Shown here piece by piece: positions 37,157 to 46,392 of a stretch of 64,000 bases of DNA. The translations under genes and the position numbers were made by a program. Numbering within the stretch: the stretch's first letter is position 1; the number at the start of each line of letters is the position of its first letter. This DNA is from an uncultured Ignavibacteriales bacterium. Lineage in GTDB: Bacteria; Zixibacteria; MSB-5A5; GN15; FEB-12. The notes beneath the pieces are model-generated. The model did not search any database. It saw only the letters and a program-made list of their open reading frames with translations, and had not been told where the DNA came from. The stretch lies in NCBI GenBank assembly GCA_964489705.1, contig CAZAZQ010000008.1, positions 4,416 to 68,415 of the forward strand, given 5' to 3'.

Positions 37157-37188
37157 TAAAGAATATTGTTGAATAATAAAGAATATTG
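37157..37188. promoter_or_regulatory. Direct repeat TAAAGAATATTG x2 with 20-bp periodicity, a candidate enhancer-binding-protein site
   Basis: Identical 12-mers lie at 37157-37168 and 37177-37188, each with an AATATT palindromic core. They sit 80-120 bp upstream of the sigma-54-like element in the divergent intergenic region. Confidence 0.35.
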
Positions 37189-37304
37189 CCCAATTTTCTC
37201 GATAATGGAAAGAAAGAAGAGAAAATCAAAAAAGGGGCAGCGGAAAGAAAGTCGGTCGCCGGTATACGGTTAGCACGGAGGAACATGTTTAATCCGCCGA
37301 TGGC

Positions 37305-38420
37305 ATGGAATTTACTAAGATGAAGAGCAGGCAATTATTACGAAAGGTGTTTGTGCCGGAAGAAAAGAAAGTGAAAATCGGGTTGATCGGCGGAATTATC
37401 GCCCTCACCCTCGGCATTCATTACGGCGTGGTGCTTGAGCCCATCTTCGGATCTTCCCATTGGATTCATGCCATCCACGGACGATTCTGCTACATTCCGA
37501 TTGTGATTGCGGCGGCATGGTTCGGTTTGCGGGGAGGGCTGTATGCGGCGACCGTCATTTCCGTCGCGGTGATGCCGTTCATCCTTTCCAAAACGTCTTC
37601 CGAGGCGCACGAACTCGCCGGAGAGTTGGTGGAGATTGTGTTTTACTATGCCATTGCCTTTCTCTCCGGCTGGCTGGTTGACCGGGAGATATCCCTTCGC
37701 CGCCGACAGGAAGCGACCATGCTGCAATTGGAGCGTTCCCAGCGGTTGTCGATGATGGGGCAATTGGCGGCAGGGGTGGCGCATGAGATAAAAAATCCGC
37801 TGGCGTCGATAAAAGGAGCCGTGGAAATTCTCTGTGACCAAGCTACCTCGGGTAAAGACAAGCAGGAGTTCAGCACCATCGTCTCCAAGGAGATAAAGCG
37901 AATCGACCGCACCATTACGGACTTCTTGGCGTTTGCCCGCCCGCGGGAGGCGGCATTCGAGCGGCTGGACCTTTCGGCTCTTTTGGAAGAGAGCTTGAGG
38001 CAGGTCGAGACTGTGGCGGCAAAGAAAAATATCACGGTCCAATCGGAGTTGGCGGAAGGAGTGGAGATTTACGGCGACGGAGAAAAGATACACCAAGTGG
38101 CGCTCAATCTTTTCTTCAATGCCATTGAGGCTATGGAAAGTCTCCGGAAAGAGGGACGTATGACGATAAGACTGTATGAGAACGAAAACGGTGTGAAATT
38201 TGTCGTTTCCGACAACGGAGCGGGCATCCCGGCGGCGGAGCGGGAGAAAGTGTTCGAGCCGTTTTATACGACTAAGTCATCCGGTACCGGTTTGGGGTTG
38301 GCGATTGTAAAAAGCATCGTCGAAGCCCATCGGGGAACCGTTACTCTGGAGAGTGACTCTCCGGGCGGCACCACCGTTACCGTTACCTTCCCATCATCCA
38401 AGGAGGCTTCATGGCGGTAG
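37305..38420 (+). CDS. Sensor histidine kinase with a membrane-embedded His/Cys-rich sensor region
   Basis: The HisKA H-box is [16 protein letters not shown] and the HATPase motifs are DNGAGIP and GTGLGLAI. The N-terminal hydrophobic segments carry SSHWIHAIHGRFC. The start could instead be at 37320. Confidence 0.85.
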   Translation: MEFTKMKSRQLLRKVFVPEEKKVKIGLIGGIIALTLGIHYGVVLEPIFGSSHWIHAIHGRFCYIPIVIAAAWFGLRGGLYAATVISVAVMPFILSKTSSEAHELAGELVEIVFYYAIAFLSGWLVDREISLRRRQEATMLQLERSQRLSMMGQLAAGVAHEIKNPLASIKGAVEILCDQATSGKDKQEFSTIVSKEIKRIDRTITDFLAFARPREAAFERLDLSALLEESLRQVETVAAKKNITVQSELAEGVEIYGDGEKIHQVALNLFFNAIEAMESLRKEGRMTIRLYENENGVKFVVSDNGAGIPAAEREKVFEPFYTTKSSGTGLGLAIVKSIVEAHRGTVTLESDSPGGTTVTVTFPSSKEASWR

Positions 38421-39793
38421 AGATTCTGCTGGCGGATGACGACGCCGCCCTGCGACGGGTTATCCAGTTCAAGCTCAAACGGAAGGGCTACCAGGTTCAT
38501 GCCGTCGAGGACGGAGAAAGCGCTCTGGCGGCGTTGCGGGAAAAACGCTTTGACCTCTTGCTGTCCGATATGCGGATGCCGGGCATGGACGGCATCGAGT
38601 TGTTGGAGCGAGCCAAGCAGGTGCAGCCGGATATTGAAGTGATTATCGTCACCGCCTACGCTACCATTACCCAAGCGGTACAGGCGGTCAAGCTGGGAGC
38701 GACCGATTATTTGACCAAGCCGTTTGAAGACGAGCAGTTGTTCATCGCTATCGAGAAGGCGCTGAAGTTGAAGAAGCTGGAGACGGAAAACAAGGCGCTG
38801 AAAGGGCAGTTGCGGGGAAGGGAATTTCTCAGCGGCATTGTAGGGGTTTCCAAGCCGTTCAAGGAGATGATGGCGATGCTGGACAAAATCGCTCCGACTG
38901 ACGCCACCGTTTTGCTGACGGGAGAGTCCGGCACCGGCAAGGAAATCATCGCGCGGGCGATTCATTACAAGAGTGAGCGGGCGGATAAAGACTTCGTGGC
39001 GGTGAACTGTGCCGCCATTCCGAAAGATTTGCTCGAGTCGGAGCTGTTCGGGCATGTGAAAGGTGCTTTCACCGGCGCGGTGCGGGACAAGAAAGGAAAG
39101 TTCGAGTTAGCCGAAGGGGGCACCCTTTTTCTGGATGAAATCAGCGAACTGAATATAGAGCTTCAAGCCAAGCTCCTGCGGGTGCTCCAGGAACGGGTGG
39201 TGGAACCGGTCGGCAGCGAGAAGAAAATCGATATCGATGTGCGGGTGATTGCCGCTACCAACGTGAATTTGAAAGAGCGGGTCGCCCAAGGGAAATTCCG
39301 GGAGGATCTATTCTACCGTTTGAATGTTATCCCTCTCCATTTGCCGAGCTTGCGGGAACGGAAAGAAGATATCCCCGTGCTGGTCGATGCCTTTTTGGCG
39401 AAATTCGCCAAGGCGCGGAAAGTCACCGTGGATGAAAAGTTGCTTGCGAGGTTGGAAGAGTATCCGTGGCACGGAAATATCCGGGAGTTGGAGAACCTGA
39501 TTGAGCGGATGGTGATTTTGCGCAAGACCGATGTGCTGACGGAAGACGATTTGCCGCCGGATTTTCTTTCCCAAGCGACCTCCCCGACGGAAGAAACGCT
39601 TTCGTCGGTCGACGGTCATCTCACCTTTCAGGAAGCGGAAAAGAAGCTTATCGTCGACGCCTTGAACCGAACCGGTTGGAACCGCTCACAGGCAGCGAAA
39701 GTGCTCAATGTCCCTCGCCATGTGTTGGTCTACCGCATGAAAAAGTACGGGCTTTTCCCCTCCAACACTTCCTCTAAACCGGACGGCAACTGA
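38411..39793 (+). CDS. Sigma-54-dependent response regulator (NtrC family)
   Basis: The REC domain has [14 protein letters not shown]. The AAA+ domain has [14 protein letters not shown] and ESELFGH motifs. A C-terminal Fis-type helix-turn-helix is present. It overlaps the kinase stop by 10 nt. Confidence 0.9.
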   Translation: MAVEILLADDDAALRRVIQFKLKRKGYQVHAVEDGESALAALREKRFDLLLSDMRMPGMDGIELLERAKQVQPDIEVIIVTAYATITQAVQAVKLGATDYLTKPFEDEQLFIAIEKALKLKKLETENKALKGQLRGREFLSGIVGVSKPFKEMMAMLDKIAPTDATVLLTGESGTGKEIIARAIHYKSERADKDFVAVNCAAIPKDLLESELFGHVKGAFTGAVRDKKGKFELAEGGTLFLDEISELNIELQAKLLRVLQERVVEPVGSEKKIDIDVRVIAATNVNLKERVAQGKFREDLFYRLNVIPLHLPSLRERKEDIPVLVDAFLAKFAKARKVTVDEKLLARLEEYPWHGNIRELENLIERMVILRKTDVLTEDDLPPDFLSQATSPTEETLSSVDGHLTFQEAEKKLIVDALNRTGWNRSQAAKVLNVPRHVLVYRMKKYGLFPSNTSSKPDGN

Positions 39794-40052
39794 GCAACGT
39801 TGCGTCGCAGTTTCATTACCGTGTAACTTTCCAGACGGAACGATGCGTGCTACGGGAACGACAGACGTTCGTGCCGTACCGCTCCCGAACCGGCAGGGGA
39901 TTGCTTGTGTGTTCCAAGGTTTGCTTCGGCGGATTCGGTGCCATGAGCAAAAAATGAACAGGAAATGGTACCGAAACACCCCTTAATTACCGCCCGTTCT
40001 TTCCGATACAGATAGAGACACAACGATACGACAAAGGAAACACACGGCGACG

Positions 40053-41138
40053 ATGGCAAAAATCGACCAACTGCTCAAAATCGTTAAGGACGCTCACGCC
40101 ACCGACTTACACCTGGCAGCCGGGAGCGTACCGGTCATCCGCGTCAACGGGCGGCTCGAAAAAACCCGACATAAAGTCCTCACCAGCCAGAATATCAAGC
40201 AGCTTATCTATGAGATTCTCACCGACGACCAGATCCGGCAGTTTGAAAAAAACGGTGATATCGACATTGCGTACGGGGTCAAGTCCGTGGCGCGCTTTCG
40301 GATAAACGTTTACCGGATGTACGGCGGCATTGGGGCGGCATTTCGACTGATTCCGGATGAAATTCGGGACTTGAGCGAGCTGGGGTTTTCCAAGCCGGTG
40401 GCGAAACTTGCCGAAAGCAAGTCCGGGCTGGTCTTGATTACCGGTCCCACCAACTCCGGCAAAACCACGACCTTAGCCGCCATGGTCAACCATATCAATA
40501 TCAACTTCTCCCGCCACATTATTACTCTGGAAGACCCTATCGAGTATATTCACAGCGACATAAACTCTCTCATCTCCCAACGGCAAATCGGGCTGCATGC
40601 CAAATCGTTTGCTTCGGGGTTGCGGGCGGCGTTGCGGGAAGACCCCGATGTGATTCTCGTCGGCGAACTGCGGGACACCGAAACCATTTCTCTGGCTATT
40701 ACGGCGGCGGAAGTGGGGTTGTTGGTCCTGGGAACGCTGCATACCTGCACCGCTTCTTCCACCGTGGAGCGGATAATCGATGTCTTTCCCCCAGAACAGC
40801 AACAGCAGATCCGCATCATGCTCGCCGATACTCTTGCGGGCATCGTCTCCCAGCAGTTGCTCAAGCGTGCCGACGGCTCGGGAAGAGTGGTGGCGTATGA
40901 ACTGTTATTGCGCACCAGCGCTATCGCCAATCTCATCAGGGAAGGAAAAACGCACCAGATACCGAACTCTATCCAATCGGGCCGAAAGAAAGGAATGCGC
41001 CTGTTGGATAACCACTTGAAGGCGCTGGTCGATTCGGGCGTGGTTTCGCCGGAAGAAGCCGTTCGGTTTGCCGTCGATCCGTCACAGTTTTACGAAAAGG
41101 TTCAAGATGCAACTCCTGAGCTGGTAGAAACAGTATGA
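40053..41138 (+). CDS. pilT: Type IV pilus retraction ATPase PilT
   Basis: Walker A is GPTNSGKTTTLAAM, followed by the Asp box, Walker B ...DPDVILVGELRD and the His box LVLGTLHT. Confidence 0.9.
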   Translation: MAKIDQLLKIVKDAHATDLHLAAGSVPVIRVNGRLEKTRHKVLTSQNIKQLIYEILTDDQIRQFEKNGDIDIAYGVKSVARFRINVYRMYGGIGAAFRLIPDEIRDLSELGFSKPVAKLAESKSGLVLITGPTNSGKTTTLAAMVNHININFSRHIITLEDPIEYIHSDINSLISQRQIGLHAKSFASGLRAALREDPDVILVGELRDTETISLAITAAEVGLLVLGTLHTCTASSTVERIIDVFPPEQQQQIRIMLADTLAGIVSQQLLKRADGSGRVVAYELLLRTSAIANLIREGKTHQIPNSIQSGRKKGMRLLDNHLKALVDSGVVSPEEAVRFAVDPSQFYEKVQDATPELVETV

Positions 41139-43273
41139 CCGCAGACACCAAAAAGTTACGGCTCGACGAAATTCTCGTTCAAGAAGGCATCATCTCCGAG
41201 GAGCAGATAAAAGAAGCTCTCATGCGTCAGAAAGCGCATGGAGGGAAGTTCGGCTCACAACTGCTCTACCACCGCTACATCGACGAAGCGGGGTTGGTGA
41301 AAGCGCTGGCGACGCAACTGGGATGCGAGGGAGTGGTTTTGGCGAATCTTGACATTCCCAAAACGGTCTTGAAGTTCATCCCGAAGAAAGTGGCGGTGGC
41401 GCGCAAAGTCATTCCTTTCGACTACGAGCCGGACACCAACCTACTGAAAATCGCCTGCGAAGACCCGACCGATCCGAATCTCAACGATGAGCTGAAATTC
41501 GTCGCCAAAGGGAAAGAAATTAAACTGTATGTTGCCGCCGAGTTGGCGTTGAACACCGCCATCGCCAAGCACTATATGGGCAGGGATATCTCCCTTGATG
41601 ACAACCTTCTCTTGGAAATACCGGACGAGGCGACGGAAACCGGCAGGGTTCCTATCACCGCCTTGGAAGAAGGCGGGCAAGACCTGAAAGACCCGCGCGG
41701 CTCTGTTCTGCTGGTTACGGACGAGGAATACTCGGGACCGTTGCTGCAATCCATTTTGGAACGGGACGAGTATCAAGTTACATTGACGGATTCTGCCGAC
41801 GACGCCATCGAAATCCTCGGTGACCGCGAGTTTCATACCGTCTTCATCAAGGACACTGTCCCCGGCGATTATATCGACTTGATAGACCGGCTTCGTAAGA
41901 CGTCGCCGCGCACCTCGGTGCGCTACTACGAATCCGCCTCCGCCTTGCTGCTGAACGAGGATACGCTCACCTCGCACGGAGAACTGCTGATAAAGAGCCT
42001 CGATTTGTTTACCTCGCTGTTGGCGTCAAAAACCAAGCAGCCGGTTAACCACAGCGGCATCGTCGGGCATTACGTGGACAAACTGTGCCGAAAAATCGGC
42101 TTGCCGGAAAAGGAGCGGCTCACTATCGTCAGCGCCGCCTACCTGCACGATCTGGCGAAATTCTACTACCGCCTCGATGAGACGCAAGATTATCGTGCCA
42201 CCATCAAACTGACCGTCAAGCTGCTCCAGTCGTTGAATTATTCACCGGTGGTGGTGGAAATGTTGCGCTCGATGTACAAAGACCTTGAAGGGAAATACAC
42301 CAAACGGCTGCCTATCGAAGTGCTGGGGGGGAACATCCTCACCATCGTGGATGTATTCTGCGATTCCATGCCGCCGGACGGTAAGCTTTCGCTGGATAAA
42401 TTCGACGCTATCAAGAAAAAATTCCGCCGGGGTATCGGGCGTCTCTTCTTCTCGGAAGTGGTGGAAGCGTTCACCAGCGTGGTGCAAGAGGAAATTCTCC
42501 AACTGCAAACCACCGACGTCGCCAGCCAAGTCATGATTTTCGCCAGCGATACCGAAGCGCTCTACTTACTCCAGTTGCGTTTGAAAAACGAGGGGTTCCG
42601 TACCGTCGCCGAACGATCGCTGGACGCGTTTGTCGATTTGTTCCAACGCAGCCGTCCCGACATGCTTGCTCTTTTGTTGCCGGAGAAGCCGTCGGAGATT
42701 CTTCGCATCGTGGAGGAGTTGACCATTTACGGTATCGACTTCAAAAAAATTCCAACCTTCATTATCACGGAAGATGCTACCGCCAACGAGTTGACCGAGC
42801 TTCTCTCGAGAGGAATAGAAGACATCATCGCCATAGACAGCAACCTCGAATTGCTCGTCGTCAAGATGAACAAAGTCCGCGCCCAGCTTCAAGAGAAAGC
42901 CAAAGAGACCAAACCCGACTCTCACAGCAGCGGCTCGCGCGGCAGGCTTTCGGATATGAACCTCATCGACCTCCTGCAGGCGCTCGGTCCCAGTCGGAAG
43001 ACGGTCCGGATAACCATTGTGCCGCAGGAAAACGAAAGCGACCAATTAGTTATCTACCTCGACCACGGCAATATCTCTTACGCCAAGTATGAGAAAAAGA
43101 CGGGCGCAGAAGCGGTCTACGAAGGCATCGCGTGGGTGGAAGGAAGCTGGACGGTGGAGCCGGTCGCGGTGGAAAACCTTCCGCAACCGAACAATGACCT
43201 TCCCAACGAATCTATTCTGATGGAAGGCTGCCGCCTGTTGGACGAAAAGATGCGCTCCGGGCAGCTCCTTTAG
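41135..43273 (+). CDS. Multidomain regulator with MshEN/T2SSE_N, receiver-like, HD-related and C-terminal DUF4388 (PATAN) regions
   Basis: An ATGA overlap joins it to pilT. The N-terminus RLDEILVQEGIISEEQIKEALMRQ fits the MshEN motif. AAYLHDLAKFYY is HD-like. The C-terminus reads LSDMNLIDLLQALGPSRKTVRITI...G.ISYA. Confidence 0.7.
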   Translation: MTADTKKLRLDEILVQEGIISEEQIKEALMRQKAHGGKFGSQLLYHRYIDEAGLVKALATQLGCEGVVLANLDIPKTVLKFIPKKVAVARKVIPFDYEPDTNLLKIACEDPTDPNLNDELKFVAKGKEIKLYVAAELALNTAIAKHYMGRDISLDDNLLLEIPDEATETGRVPITALEEGGQDLKDPRGSVLLVTDEEYSGPLLQSILERDEYQVTLTDSADDAIEILGDREFHTVFIKDTVPGDYIDLIDRLRKTSPRTSVRYYESASALLLNEDTLTSHGELLIKSLDLFTSLLASKTKQPVNHSGIVGHYVDKLCRKIGLPEKERLTIVSAAYLHDLAKFYYRLDETQDYRATIKLTVKLLQSLNYSPVVVEMLRSMYKDLEGKYTKRLPIEVLGGNILTIVDVFCDSMPPDGKLSLDKFDAIKKKFRRGIGRLFFSEVVEAFTSVVQEEILQLQTTDVASQVMIFASDTEALYLLQLRLKNEGFRTVAERSLDAFVDLFQRSRPDMLALLLPEKPSEILRIVEELTIYGIDFKKIPTFIITEDATANELTELLSRGIEDIIAIDSNLELLVVKMNKVRAQLQEKAKETKPDSHSSGSRGRLSDMNLIDLLQALGPSRKTVRITIVPQENESDQLVIYLDHGNISYAKYEKKTGAEAVYEGIAWVEGSWTVEPVAVENLPQPNNDLPNESILMEGCRLLDEKMRSGQLL

Positions 43274-43432
43274 AAAAAATCGTTTCTCCAAAAGTCTTTT
43301 TGAATCTGGGACGGGTTGAGAACTTGCCCTTATGAGTCATTCGTTTACCATAAGCGCATGAAGAGGGTACACAGAGCTGTCGCGAGGCTGTGTTGTGCTC
43401 TCGTTATTATCCGTGATGGTACAAGGTAACCG

Positions 43433-43876
43433 TCAACGCTTTTTCTTCAGGCAGGCACTGCAGATGCCGCGGAGTTCGACATACTTGGTGGTAATCTCTC
43501 CCCACTGTTTTGTGCCGCGGGGGAGTTTGAGCTTTTCGAAAGCTTCCCACGGAAGGTCGGTGATGCGTTTGCATTGGGTGCAGACAATATGCGCGTGATG
43601 CTCGAGGTTGGTGTCGAAGCGTCCCTTGTCGTCCAGAATGTGTACCCGGCTGATTATGCCGTACTTTTCGAAGGTTCTCAAGGTGCGGTAGACGGTATCG
43701 AAGGAGATGGTGGGGTGGCGTTTGTGTATCTTCTTGTAGATGTCTTCCGCCGTCGGGTGGTTGGTGTTGCCGGCAAGGATTCGGTAGATAAGAAGGCGTT
43801 GCTGGGTGAGGCGGAGCCCATGCTTTTTGCAGGTTTCTTCAAACCGTCGGAGTCTGTCGGCAATTTCTTTTTTCAT
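43433..43876 (-). CDS. fur: Fur-family metalloregulator (Fur/PerR/Zur type not resolved)
   Basis: The winged-helix region is RLTQQRLLIYRIL...HPTAEDIYKKI. The metal motifs are HHAHIVCTQCKRI and GICSACLKK. Confidence 0.85.
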   Translation of the reverse strand: MKKEIADRLRRFEETCKKHGLRLTQQRLLIYRILAGNTNHPTAEDIYKKIHKRHPTISFDTVYRTLRTFEKYGIISRVHILDDKGRFDTNLEHHAHIVCTQCKRITDLPWEAFEKLKLPRGTKQWGEITTKYVELRGICSACLKKKR

Positions 43877-43962
43877 CTTATTTCTTCTTCTACTTTATAA
43901 ATACCTCAAGAGGGGAAAGAGTTCGCTTTATTTTTCTTTAATTTCTCCCTGTGTTCTCGGTT

Positions 43963-45441
43963 TTACCCTTTCACCACCCCTACCGGGCGCATCCGAGCGA
44001 CTTTTTTGGCGATACCGGATTGGTGGGAAATTTCCACCACTTGGTCAATATCCTTGTAGGCTTCGGGGGCTTCTTCGGCGATGACTTTGCGGCTTTTGGC
44101 TCGCAGGTAAATCCCCTGACTTTCCAGCCCGGCAACCACTTTGTCTGCCGGCTGTGCTTTTTTAGCCGCCATGCGGGAGAGCTGTCTTCCCGCTCCGTGG
44201 CAGGATGAGCCGAAGGTCTCTTGCATGGCTCGTTCCGTCCCCACCAGGATATAACTTGCCGTACCCATATCCCCCGGGATGAGCACCGGCTGCCCGACGG
44301 CTTGATATTTCTGCGGGATGTCGGGATGTCCCGGACCGAAAGCACGGGTGGCGCCTTTTCGGTGGACAAAGAGAGTGCGTTTTTTGCCGTCAACGGTATG
44401 CTCTTCTTGCTTGGCAATGTTGTGAGCGATGTCGTAAATCAAGTGCAGTCCCAGCTCCGTCGCCGGTTTTTGGAAGACCGTTTCGAAGGATTCCCGCACC
44501 CAGTGGGTTATCAACTGCCGATTTGTCCAGGCGAAGTTGGCGCCGCACTTCATGGCGGAGAAGTACTGCTGTCCTTCTTCGGAGGTGGCGGGAGCACACG
44601 AAAGCTCTCGATCGACCAACGGGATGCCGTATTTCTGGTTGGCACGGCGCATAACATCAAGGTAGTCGGTACAAATCTGGTGCCCGCACCCGCGGGAACC
44701 GGTATGTATCATCACCGTTACCTGTCCCACGTCGGTGATGCCGAATACCCGCGCCGCCTCGGGGTCGTAAATTTCATCGACTTGTTGCACTTCCAAGAAG
44801 TGATTTCCGGCTCCGAGGGTACCTAACTGGGATTTGCCGCGGTCTTTGGCGTTTTTGCTGACCAACGAAGGATCGGCACCGGCGATACACCCGCCTTCTT
44901 CCATGTACAGCAAGTCCTCTTCCCAGCCGTAGCCGTTCTCGACCGCCCAGCGTGCCCCCCGCGCCAATACCACGTCGACTTCTTCACGGGAGAGACGGAC
45001 TTTCCCTTCCGAGCCGACCCCGGAGGGGACATTGGTAAACATGGCGTCGACCAGCGCCTCCAGCCGAGGGCGAATATCGTCCACCGTGAGGTTGGTCGTC
45101 AACAGTCGCACGCCGCAGTTGATGTCGTACCCGACGCCGCCGGGAGAAATGATACCGGTGGCGGCATCGAAAGCGGCGACGCCGCCGATGGCGAACCCGT
45201 AGCCGTGGTGAATATCCGGCATGGCGATGGAGTAGCCGACAATGCCCGGCAGGGTCGCCACGTGCGCCACTTGCTCGGGAGAATCGTCCCGAAGAATCGC
45301 TTCCAGCATGGCGTCGTTGGCATAAATTAGCCCCGGCACCCGCATTTTCAAGCCGTGGCGCTTCATGGCGTTGCTTTCGTAGCTCGGCGGTATTTTGTAC
45401 CGATACTCGTCTATTTTGTCAATCGGACCGTTCCAAGCCAT
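43963..45441 (-). CDS. rtcB: RNA-splicing ligase RtcB (archaeal/eukaryal-length type)
   Basis: The conserved motifs are MPDIHHGYGFAIGG, DINCGVR, GSRGCGHQ, GDMGTASY and SSCHGAGR. GGAGAGG lies 9 nt upstream of the ATG at 45441. Confidence 0.92.
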   Translation of the reverse strand: MAWNGPIDKIDEYRYKIPPSYESNAMKRHGLKMRVPGLIYANDAMLEAILRDDSPEQVAHVATLPGIVGYSIAMPDIHHGYGFAIGGVAAFDAATGIISPGGVGYDINCGVRLLTTNLTVDDIRPRLEALVDAMFTNVPSGVGSEGKVRLSREEVDVVLARGARWAVENGYGWEEDLLYMEEGGCIAGADPSLVSKNAKDRGKSQLGTLGAGNHFLEVQQVDEIYDPEAARVFGITDVGQVTVMIHTGSRGCGHQICTDYLDVMRRANQKYGIPLVDRELSCAPATSEEGQQYFSAMKCGANFAWTNRQLITHWVRESFETVFQKPATELGLHLIYDIAHNIAKQEEHTVDGKKRTLFVHRKGATRAFGPGHPDIPQKYQAVGQPVLIPGDMGTASYILVGTERAMQETFGSSCHGAGRQLSRMAAKKAQPADKVVAGLESQGIYLRAKSRKVIAEEAPEAYKDIDQVVEISHQSGIAKKVARMRPVGVVKG

Positions 45442-45529
45442 AGTTACCATCCTCTCCCTTGATATGAATTATCGACTCCGGCAACAAATCCCGGAGAGCC
45501 GTATCCTTCGCTTTTCCCTTCCTTTTCCG

Positions 45530-45952
45530 CTACACGTCGAAGAGCACCTGCACCGATGCCGGGGTGCCTTCTTTCGGAGCCGTGATTTCCATCATGTGGT
45601 ACGACACTCCCTTGATGGAGACCCCTGACCCGTGCCTGGCGGGATCGAACCGTTCGCCGTGCGCCCGGGCGTGCAAACCGTGGTTGCCGGTGAAGGTAAC
45701 TACGAAATCCTTCAGCACCAACCGCTCGACTTCGTGGATGACAATCAGGTGCGAAAGAAAATTCACCAGCAATCCTTCCTCGTCGATGGCGTCGATGTCG
45801 AACGCCTTCTCTTCCCGCGCTTCTATATCTCCCCCGCCGGTGATGAGATCGAACATGGCATTCGCAGCTTCCGCAAACGCTTCTTCCAGCGTTTCTCCGT
45901 ACGCTCGAATGGCGATATCCGCGGTATGTTCGATGAGCTCGTAGCGCTTCAT
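45530..45952 (-). CDS. Archease (RtcB activator)
   Basis: The N-terminus YELIEHTADIAIRAYGETLEEAF and a length of 140 aa are characteristic. Confidence 0.9.
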   Translation of the reverse strand: MKRYELIEHTADIAIRAYGETLEEAFAEAANAMFDLITGGGDIEAREEKAFDIDAIDEEGLLVNFLSHLIVIHEVERLVLKDFVVTFTGNHGLHARAHGERFDPARHGSGVSIKGVSYHMMEITAPKEGTPASVQVLFDV

Positions 45953-46392
45953 TCCGTTGGTGGAACTTCCGTCGAGTCCCGGTTCACTCCGGCTCTGAAT
46001 CCTTTCAAGAGCCAGGTCTTATCTTTGTACACAAACGTCAGTATAATAGGTCGATTTTTTTGCGCCGTGCTGTCCATCACAAAGCAATCGGCCCGGGCTT
46101 TATCGTTGGTGTAGATTATTTCGCAATCCCCGAACCGAGTGAAAGGAAACTCTCCGTCGGGACCGTACACAAACTGCAACAGGGAATCGACCGTGCCGCG
46201 CGAGACCATTTCCGAAGTCACCAAAGAATCGAGGGCGGCGGTGTCTTTGGTTTTGACGGCTTCTTGCACCGCATAGATTTGCTTTTTAATGGCGGGAATG
46301 TGCTCCCGGCGCGGCGGCTTGTCGCTGCATCCCAGGCTGAGAAGAACTACGCTCAAAAAAGCGAGAACCGCTGCCGTATGTGATTTCTTCAT
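45949..46392 (-). CDS. Lipoprotein of unknown function
   Basis: The signal peptide has a lipobox, LLSLGC. ATGA overlaps occur at both ends of the gene. Confidence 0.6.
   Translation of the reverse strand: MKKSHTAAVLAFLSVVLLSLGCSDKPPRREHIPAIKKQIYAVQEAVKTKDTAALDSLVTSEMVSRGTVDSLLQFVYGPDGEFPFTRFGDCEIIYTNDKARADCFVMDSTAQKNRPIILTFVYKDKTWLLKGFRAGVNRDSTEVPPTE

Noticed and set aside
37301-37316. A sigma-54-like TGGCAT-GGAAT-TTACT at the start of the histidine kinase gene.
   Set aside because: It lacks the -12 GC (TTAC) and overlaps the candidate start codon.
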